Shown here in pieces: positions 24,941 to 32,000 of a stretch of 32,000 nucleotides of DNA (the first letter of the stretch is position 1; every line of letters begins with the position of its first letter). The translations under genes were made by a program, and so were the position numbers. Origin of the DNA: Alkanindiges sp. WGS2144 (GTDB lineage Bacteria > Pseudomonadota > Gammaproteobacteria > Pseudomonadales > Moraxellaceae); NCBI RefSeq assembly GCF_043950625.1, contig NZ_CP171007.1. The stretch is one strand, 5' to 3'. Below the pieces are notes generated by a model. That model saw nothing but the letters and a program-made list of their open reading frames with translations, was not told where the DNA came from and searched no databases.

Positions 24941-25972
24941 ATGTCATCAGCAGTTGCATATCGTCCCGAGTGGATCCGTCAGGATTTTGTAGATTTTGTA
25001 CTGGCCAAGATTGATCCGGTCTGGGCCTGGAAGCGTGTGCTAGCACGGGTAGAGCATATTGAATATCTAAATGATGGCATGGTTAAAGTGGTATTACGTC
25101 CTAACCGCCATTTTAAAACTTTCAAGCCAGGTCAGTTTATCCAGCTCAGCATCCGTATTGATGGGGTACTGCATCAGCGCTGCTATTCTATTATTAGCAA
25201 TCCGCAGGATAACGAACTGGCTATTGCAGTTAAACGTCAGGGTTTGGTGTCCAACTATCTGGCACAGCAGGCGCAGCGTGGTGACGTGGTTGAAATCAGC
25301 CAGGCTCAGGGAGAGTTCGTACTGCCAGCCATGGCGCAATCACTACTGTTTATTGCGTCTGGCAGTGGCATTACCCCCATGCTGCCCATGATTACGCAGG
25401 CCTTGCAGCAATCCAGTCAGCCTGTCAGCCTGATTTACTTTTCACGGGATCCGGCTTTTGGTCAGCTTTTTGAGCAGTTACAACAGCAGTATCCACATTT
25501 TGTATTGCATGTCATTAACACCACGGCAAGTACAGATCGCCTGAACGAAAGCACCCTGCAACATTACTGCGCTGACTATGTTTCACGTGAAACATTTGTG
25601 TGTGGTGCGCCTCTTTTAATGAAAAAAGCCCGGAAAATTTGGGGGGAGCAGCAGGCCAGTGAGCGCCTGCATCAGGAAAGCTTTTTGCCTGCCCAGCCTG
25701 ATGAAACCAGCACCAGTACGGAGCGTCAGCCGGTCAGATTTCGCCGTTCACAGCAGGACTTTGATGCGACTGGTAGCCTGCTGGTAAGTGCTGAGCAGGC
25801 CGGATTAAAGCCCGCTCACGGTTGCCGCATGGGTATTTGTAATACCTGTGTATGCACCAAGCTAAGTGGCACAGTGCGTAACCAGCTTACTGGCGAGATT
25901 AACGACCAGAGTAATGTACAAATTAAATTGTGTGTGAGCGAAGCCATAAGCCCGGTTGAAATTGACCTATAA
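24941..25972 (+). CDS. Ferredoxin-NAD(P) reductase-type oxidoreductase with C-terminal 2Fe-2S domain (DesC-like electron donor for the desaturase)
   Basis: It has the FAD-binding motif RCYSIIS, the NAD motif LFIASGSGITPM, and the plant-type ferredoxin motif CRMGICNTCVC. Confidence 0.85.
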   Translation: MSSAVAYRPEWIRQDFVDFVLAKIDPVWAWKRVLARVEHIEYLNDGMVKVVLRPNRHFKTFKPGQFIQLSIRIDGVLHQRCYSIISNPQDNELAIAVKRQGLVSNYLAQQAQRGDVVEISQAQGEFVLPAMAQSLLFIASGSGITPMLPMITQALQQSSQPVSLIYFSRDPAFGQLFEQLQQQYPHFVLHVINTTASTDRLNESTLQHYCADYVSRETFVCGAPLLMKKARKIWGEQQASERLHQESFLPAQPDETSTSTERQPVRFRRSQQDFDATGSLLVSAEQAGLKPAHGCRMGICNTCVCTKLSGTVRNQLTGEINDQSNVQIKLCVSEAISPVEIDL

Positions 25973-26022
25973 CCGCTTAGCGCCCTATATCGCAAGTAAA
26001 CCAACACATTGAGTATAATATT

Positions 26023-27186
26023 ATGAACATGATCAACTATGATGCAGTAACTGCCCCCACCGGTAAAAGCCGAAGCTTAAGTCCTGCTCAAATTGAAGAA
26101 TTTGGCCGTAAGATTGATGCCATTCGTGCAGAGACCATGGCTAAAATTGGCAAGGAAGATTCAGATTATATCTACAAGGTACGTAATTTTGTGCGTTATA
26201 CCGAAATTGCCTCACGCGCCATGCTGATGGTTGCTGGCTGGATTCCACCAGTCTGGTTGCTGGGTACTGCCATGCTGGGTGTATCCAAAATTGTTGAAAA
26301 CATGGAGCTGGGTCATAACGTGATGCATGGTCAGTTTGACTGGCTTAATGACCCCAGCCTAAATGGTGCCAATTATGACTGGGATACCATTGGCACGGGC
26401 GATGACTGGAAGTACACCCACAACTATATTCACCACACCTATACCAATGTAGTAGGCAAGGATCATGATGTGGGTTATGGCCTGATGCGGATGACCCGTG
26501 AGCAACAATGGGAACCCCGTTTTTTATTCAATATCCCGCTGGCCGCGCAATTGTTGCTGGCTTTTGAGTGGTATGTAGGGGTGCAAAATCTGCATCTGGA
26601 AGATGCCATTATTTATAAAACCAAAAGCTGGAAGCAAGTATGGAATGATGCGGCCAAATTTCGTAAAAAAGCCGTGCGCCAGATTGCCAAGGATTATGTA
26701 TTTTTTCCGCTCATTGCCGGGCCAAATGCCTTGCCGGTGCTGGCGGGTAATTTTACCGCAAATATTATTCGTAACCTGTGGGCCGGTTCAGTCATTTTCT
26801 GTGGTCACTTTACCGAAGATGCCGAAATGATGCCCGACAACACTGCCAATGAGACCAAGGCTGAATGGTATCTGCGTCAGATTCGCGGTTCCAGTAACTT
26901 TACCGGCGGCAAGATTATTCATTTTATGAGTGGTAACCTCAGTCACCAGATTGAACATCATCTGTTCCCGGATGTGCCTGCCAACCGCTATCAGGAAATG
27001 GCGCCAAAAGTGCGTGCCGTATGTGAAGAATATGGTCAGAACTATAACTCAGCCAGTTTTGCCAGGCAGTTTGCTACTGTGTGGGTACGCTTGGCAGAGC
27101 ATTCCCTGCCAGACCAGATGGTAGACAGAATCAAGGCGACTGGCAGCAGATTGTCCCTAAAAAAGCTGTTTAGCCGTACTGCTTAA
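26023..27186 (+). CDS. Membrane fatty-acid (acyl-CoA/acyl-lipid) desaturase, DesB-like
   Basis: It has three His boxes: HNVMHG, HNYIHHTYTN and HQIEHHLFP. Confidence 0.85.
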   Translation: MNMINYDAVTAPTGKSRSLSPAQIEEFGRKIDAIRAETMAKIGKEDSDYIYKVRNFVRYTEIASRAMLMVAGWIPPVWLLGTAMLGVSKIVENMELGHNVMHGQFDWLNDPSLNGANYDWDTIGTGDDWKYTHNYIHHTYTNVVGKDHDVGYGLMRMTREQQWEPRFLFNIPLAAQLLLAFEWYVGVQNLHLEDAIIYKTKSWKQVWNDAAKFRKKAVRQIAKDYVFFPLIAGPNALPVLAGNFTANIIRNLWAGSVIFCGHFTEDAEMMPDNTANETKAEWYLRQIRGSSNFTGGKIIHFMSGNLSHQIEHHLFPDVPANRYQEMAPKVRAVCEEYGQNYNSASFARQFATVWVRLAEHSLPDQMVDRIKATGSRLSLKKLFSRTA

Positions 27187-27423
27187 GCCGGTTAAGCAAC
27201 AATTATTAAGAAACAACTAGAACCAAAAAACTCTGTAGTCATAATGCTACAGGGTTTTAAGTTTAAAAATATTAGTCAATTAATTAAACAATTTAATTTC
27301 AAAGCATTAACTGTCAATAAAGGCAGAGTTTACAGGCGCAGATTGCCAATGCTGTTTTCTCCTCTTTGCTGGATGTGCTGCTATAATGCGCCTCAACATT
27401 TATAAGCAGCCAAGGAAACCCGC

Positions 27424-28140
27424 ATGCGCCTCGATCAACGCAGTAATGATCAATTAAGACCTGTGACGTTTACCCGTCAATATACCCGTTATGCTGAAGG
27501 CGCGGTGCTGGTAGAATTTGGCAATACCAAAGTGCTGTGTACTGCCAGTGTGGATAACAGCGTACCGCGCTTTTTAAAGGGAACTGGACAGGGCTGGGTG
27601 ACTGCCGAATACGGCATGTTACCGCGTTCCACCCATACCCGTAATGACCGCGAGGCTGCACGGGGCAAGCAGTCTGGCCGTACCCAGGAAATCCAGCGCC
27701 TGATTGGACGTAGCCTGCGTGCCATGGTGGACTTAAAAAAACTGGGTGAAAATACCATTACCATTGACTGTGATGTGCTGCAAGCCGATGGCGGCACCCG
27801 TACAGCAGCTATTACTGGCGGTGCCATTGCACTGGTTGATGCCCTTGCTGCGCTGCAAGCGCAAAAAAAACTCAAAAGTGATCCATTAAAAGGCCTGGTA
27901 GCCGCTATTTCAGTGGGCATGCATCAGGATAACGCTTTGCTGGATTTATGCTATGAGGAAGACTCTAACTGCGAAACTGACTTAAATGTGGTAATGACAC
28001 AAAATGGTGAGTTTATTGAGTTACAAGGTACGGCTGAAAGCAAGCCCTTTAACCGTGAACAATGCAACCAGATGCTGGAACTGGCTTCAAGCGGCATTGC
28101 TGAACTGATTGTGCTACAGCAAAAAGCCCTGGGCTGGTAA
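27424..28140 (+). CDS. rph: Ribonuclease PH
   Basis: [42 protein letters not shown]...[15 protein letters not shown]...[14 protein letters not shown] is canonical Rph. Confidence 0.95.
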   Translation: MRLDQRSNDQLRPVTFTRQYTRYAEGAVLVEFGNTKVLCTASVDNSVPRFLKGTGQGWVTAEYGMLPRSTHTRNDREAARGKQSGRTQEIQRLIGRSLRAMVDLKKLGENTITIDCDVLQADGGTRTAAITGGAIALVDALAALQAQKKLKSDPLKGLVAAISVGMHQDNALLDLCYEEDSNCETDLNVVMTQNGEFIELQGTAESKPFNREQCNQMLELASSGIAELIVLQQKALGW

Positions 28141-28171
28141 GCGTACCCGGATAAACCTTAACCAGAAGTGA

Positions 28172-28199
28172 AAAAGACGAGAAAATTCTCGTCTTTTTT
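28172..28199 (+). terminator. Rho-independent terminator of rph
   Basis: The stem aagacgag / ctcgtctt is followed by a T-run. Confidence 0.75.
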
Positions 28200-28377
28200 A
28201 TGCGGTAAAATTTTGTGGCTAAATGATCACAAAACTGATGTAGACTGGAAAGAAAACTATTTTATAGTCAAATACATGAGATTTTATTTTTTTGATCTAA
28301 AATTAATACTGGTCATTTGAACTGGTGACCTAAAAACTGCACTGGCATTTAAGGCCAAAGTACGCAGGGAGAAACTC

Positions 28378-29547
28378 ATGCAACCGCATAAGAACTTAAC
28401 TATTTTGATGACTGGCTTGCTGAGCACTTTATTACCTGCCTGTAATAGCCCTTCAAGTAATTCATTATCGAATGGTTCAGCAGCAGAACCTGCACCAGTG
28501 GTAGATCATAAAACCGGTTTTAGCAGCCAGAAAATAGCCCGCTTTAATGAGCCTTGGGCTATGACATTTTTGCCAGATGGCCGCCTGCTGGTTACTGAAA
28601 AAAATGGCCAGTTAAAGTTGCATGATTTTAATACCAGAAAAACTGGCAATATCAGTGGCGTACCGCAAGTCGCCTACGGTGGGCAAGGGGGCCTGGGTGA
28701 TGTAGTATTGCACCCTGATTTTGATCAAAATGGTCTGATTTATTTAAGCTATGCCGAGAGTGGCGCTGGTGGTAAAGGTGCAGCAGTGGCACGCGCTAAA
28801 CTGGTACTGGATGATAAGGGTGATGGCCAGTTATCAGGGATACAGGTGATCTGGCGGCAAGTGCCAAAGGTATCAGGTGAGGGGCATTTTGGTCACCGCA
28901 TTGCCTTTGACCCGCAAGGTATGCTGTGGATTTCCTCTGGCGAGCGTCAGAAATTTGATCCGGCACAGGATATGAGCACCAACCTGGGCAAGATTATCCG
29001 CCTCAAGGATGATGGCAGCATTCCGGCCGACAACCCGTTTGTTAATCAGGGTGGTGTGGCCGCGCAGGTCTGGAGTTTGGGGCATCGTAATCCGTTGGGT
29101 CTGGCTTTTAATGCACAAGGCCAATTATGGGAAATTGAAATGGGGCCAAAAGGCGGAGATGAGCTGAACCTGATTGAAAAAGCCCAGAATTATGGTTACC
29201 CGCTGGTATCCAATGGTGTTCATTATGATGGCAAGCCAATTCCTAACCACAGTACCCGGCCAGAATTTAAAGCACCAGCCATTAGCTGGACGCCTGTGAT
29301 CTCCCCCTCAAGCTTGATATTCTATACGGGTAGTCAGTTTCCAGCCTGGGAAAATAACGCATTGGTGGGTGGTTTATCTTCGCAGGCACTTATCCGGCTT
29401 GAGTTTGATGGCAACCGTGCTCGCGAAGCTGAGCGCTTTGACATGGGTGCCCGCATCCGTGAAGTGGAGCAAGGGCCAAATGGGGCAGTCTGGGTGCTGG
29501 AAGATGGGCCAAATGCCAATTTGCTGCAACTGGTTCCCAACAAATAG
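28378..29547 (+). CDS. PQQ-dependent soluble sugar dehydrogenase (YliI/sorbosone dehydrogenase family), lipoprotein
   Basis: It has a lipobox (LLPAC) and beta-propeller motifs (PWAMTFLPDGRLLVTEK, HFGHRIAFDPQG, GHRNPLGLAF, GPKGGDELN). Confidence 0.85.
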   Translation: MQPHKNLTILMTGLLSTLLPACNSPSSNSLSNGSAAEPAPVVDHKTGFSSQKIARFNEPWAMTFLPDGRLLVTEKNGQLKLHDFNTRKTGNISGVPQVAYGGQGGLGDVVLHPDFDQNGLIYLSYAESGAGGKGAAVARAKLVLDDKGDGQLSGIQVIWRQVPKVSGEGHFGHRIAFDPQGMLWISSGERQKFDPAQDMSTNLGKIIRLKDDGSIPADNPFVNQGGVAAQVWSLGHRNPLGLAFNAQGQLWEIEMGPKGGDELNLIEKAQNYGYPLVSNGVHYDGKPIPNHSTRPEFKAPAISWTPVISPSSLIFYTGSQFPAWENNALVGGLSSQALIRLEFDGNRAREAERFDMGARIREVEQGPNGAVWVLEDGPNANLLQLVPNK

Positions 29548-29585
29548 CATAGCTTAGGAGTCATATGGGCTAGGCGAATTATTGA

Positions 29586-29610
29586 AGAGTTTTCTATGCT
29601 GGAAAACTCT
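29586..29610. terminator. Bidirectional hairpin between convergent genes
   Basis: The 9-bp stem agagttttc / gaaaactct has a 7-nt loop. Confidence 0.5.
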
Positions 29611-29630
29611 CCCAGCACTTTATACCTCGC

Positions 29631-30545
<915 letters not shown>

Positions 30546-30629
30546 TTATCCGACAGATAAAAGTTCGCCAAAACTGATCAAACAAGTATATAGTAAGCAA
30601 TCAAGGAACGATAACTGTTATTAGTGTGT

Positions 30630-32000
30630 ATGGCCATGAGTAGTCAAAATCAGATACCCAGCGGATCTGCAATATTGCTGCGCTTTACTGACATATTGCG
30701 CCCTCAAGTGCTTGCATATTTTCAATCGCGTTTTCAGGCATTTTTAACCGAGCTGCCATCCCATTTGATGACAGCTTGTGAGGGCTTACCAGATGGCCAG
30801 CAGCAGGCCTATCTGGATATTATTATATTATTGCGCCATCGCCGTGAGGAGATTGGGGCGCAGGTGGGGCAGTTATTTAATCAAAAATGGCAGAATTTTC
30901 AGCAGCTCTCTCATCAGTCGCCTGAGCAGGAACAAAAAACAGGTGGTTTGTCACTGGATTCCATTTCACTCATTGCGTCGGATGAGCTGGAACAGAATGT
31001 GGTTATTGAAACTTTATCCACTCGCTTACAGCATCAGATTGATGAGGTGATGAGTGATGCGTTTAATCGCCTACATGCACTCTTGCCAGCCTTAAAACAT
31101 ACCGACCAATTACCATTTCATCCCAAAGTGTTATTACAGTTAGTGCCTGAAAGCTTTGGTGATGCCAGTTTGAGCATTGTGCAAAATACTGTATTGCTCA
31201 AGCAGTTTGCTGCTATGCTGGATATGCGCGAAGTGGCAAATCAGGTCAAACACGCACTTGAGCAGGCACAGGTTCCCATCCCTGCGGTGGTGGCAAAAAC
31301 TAGCGATAGCAGCGAAATTGCTGCGGAAGAAGAACCCGATCTGGTTGATGTATTGCGTGATATTCGTGATTTAAACCAGAAAAATGCCGGTACCGGGCAG
31401 GGTGGCACTGCTGAGCCGGGCAGCAAGGCTGTGCTGGATACTGATCCCAACTCACCTTTGCTGCAAACCACCAGCTCAGGCGGCATTGTGGTTGATCCTG
31501 CCCGCTTGGTTGAGCAGGCAGCCCAATTTGCCCAGATTAGCCAGAGTGTAGCCAGTGTGCCGCTCATGCCACAAAATATTTTTCCACTGGCGCAGGAACA
31601 GCTGCTTGCTACTACTGAGCTGATGGATCGCCTGAGCAAATTGCAGGATGTACAGCCGCGTACTTCCATTGCAGAAAATGCTGATATCCAGTCGGTGGCA
31701 GAGGTGCGCGAGCATATTCGTGGACAATTGCAGAACGATGAGGATACGGTTGAGGTCATTGGGCAAAAAGATACCGATATTATTAATCTGGTATCGGCCA
31801 TGTTTGACTATATTCTGGACGATCAGGATTTGCCCACGGCCATGAAAGCACTGATTGGCCGCTTGCAGATTCCCATGCTCAAAGTGGCATTGCTGGATGA
31901 GCAGTTTTTCAAAACTGAAAAACATCCGGCGCGTTTATTGCTCAATAGTCTGGCCAAGGCTGGCGTAGGCTGGGATGAAAAAGCACAGGCGTCTGATGTT
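30630..32000 (+). CDS. DUF1631-family protein, 3' end beyond the window (ORF absent from the supplied track because it has no stop in the window)
   Basis: My own translation gives an open frame from the ATG at 30630 (or 30636) to the window end. It contains DTDIINLVSAMFDYILDDQDLPTAMKALIGRLQIPMLKVALLDEQFFKTEKHPARLLLN, the hallmark DUF1631 segment. Confidence 0.75.
   Translation, partial: MAMSSQNQIPSGSAILLRFTDILRPQVLAYFQSRFQAFLTELPSHLMTACEGLPDGQQQAYLDIIILLRHRREEIGAQVGQLFNQKWQNFQQLSHQSPEQEQKTGGLSLDSISLIASDELEQNVVIETLSTRLQHQIDEVMSDAFNRLHALLPALKHTDQLPFHPKVLLQLVPESFGDASLSIVQNTVLLKQFAAMLDMREVANQVKHALEQAQVPIPAVVAKTSDSSEIAAEEEPDLVDVLRDIRDLNQKNAGTGQGGTAEPGSKAVLDTDPNSPLLQTTSSGGIVVDPARLVEQAAQFAQISQSVASVPLMPQNIFPLAQEQLLATTELMDRLSKLQDVQPRTSIAENADIQSVAEVREHIRGQLQNDEDTVEVIGQKDTDIINLVSAMFDYILDDQDLPTAMKALIGRLQIPMLKVALLDEQFFKTEKHPARLLLNSLAKAGVGWDEKAQASDV

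Noticed and set aside
31241-31925. 186-aa and 149-aa minus-strand ORFs
   Set aside because: They lie antisense to the long open DUF1631 frame, which carries an unmistakable family motif. The track omits the real gene only because it has no stop codon inside the window.

Overview
The window joins two very different pieces of DNA. Positions 1 to about 13580 are visibly GC-rich. I read them as the right-hand ~13.6 kb of a GIsul2-type integrative resistance element; its integrase end would lie left of the window. In order it carries: an IncQ-like repA-repC replicon with three 22-bp iterons and a ~1 kb structured non-coding region; a FitA-like RHH gene; a trbJ-trbK-trbL remnant of a P-type T4SS; small hypothetical genes; a truncated MazE/PemI-like gene; an arsR-arsH-arsC-acr3 operon joined by ATGA overlaps; a small serine recombinase; and ISCR2 (CR2)-delta-glmM-sul2. 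From about 13581 onward the DNA is AT-richer chromosome with Acinetobacter/Moraxellaceae-like synteny. That call rests on gene order and composition only, since no search was possible. It begins with a very AT-rich islet encoding a solitary HNH-type nuclease and a vapBC module. Housekeeping genes follow: ppiC, a small hydrophilic protein, an LLM oxidoreductase, an MBL-fold protein, argA, argE, yciK, a Gph/MupP-like HAD phosphatase, ubiG, dsbA, fabR/desT with a reductase-desaturase pair, rph, a PQQ-type sugar dehydrogenase, nadC and a 3'-truncated DUF1631 gene. The most interesting observations are these. (i) Two bipartite att-like sites each end in codons for T-I-E-W-E-stop, the conserved GuaA C-terminus. 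They share two conserved blocks and an identical 51-bp spacer length, and they bracket the ISCR2-sul2 module. (ii) An orphan HNH nuclease with an unrecognised N-terminal domain sits exactly at the island junction. (iii) An 11-bp-phased CGATT array lies upstream of an orphan RHH gene. (iv) TrbJ and the TrbK-like lipoprotein share a C-terminal tail motif. I recognised no tRNA, rRNA or CRISPR array by eye.
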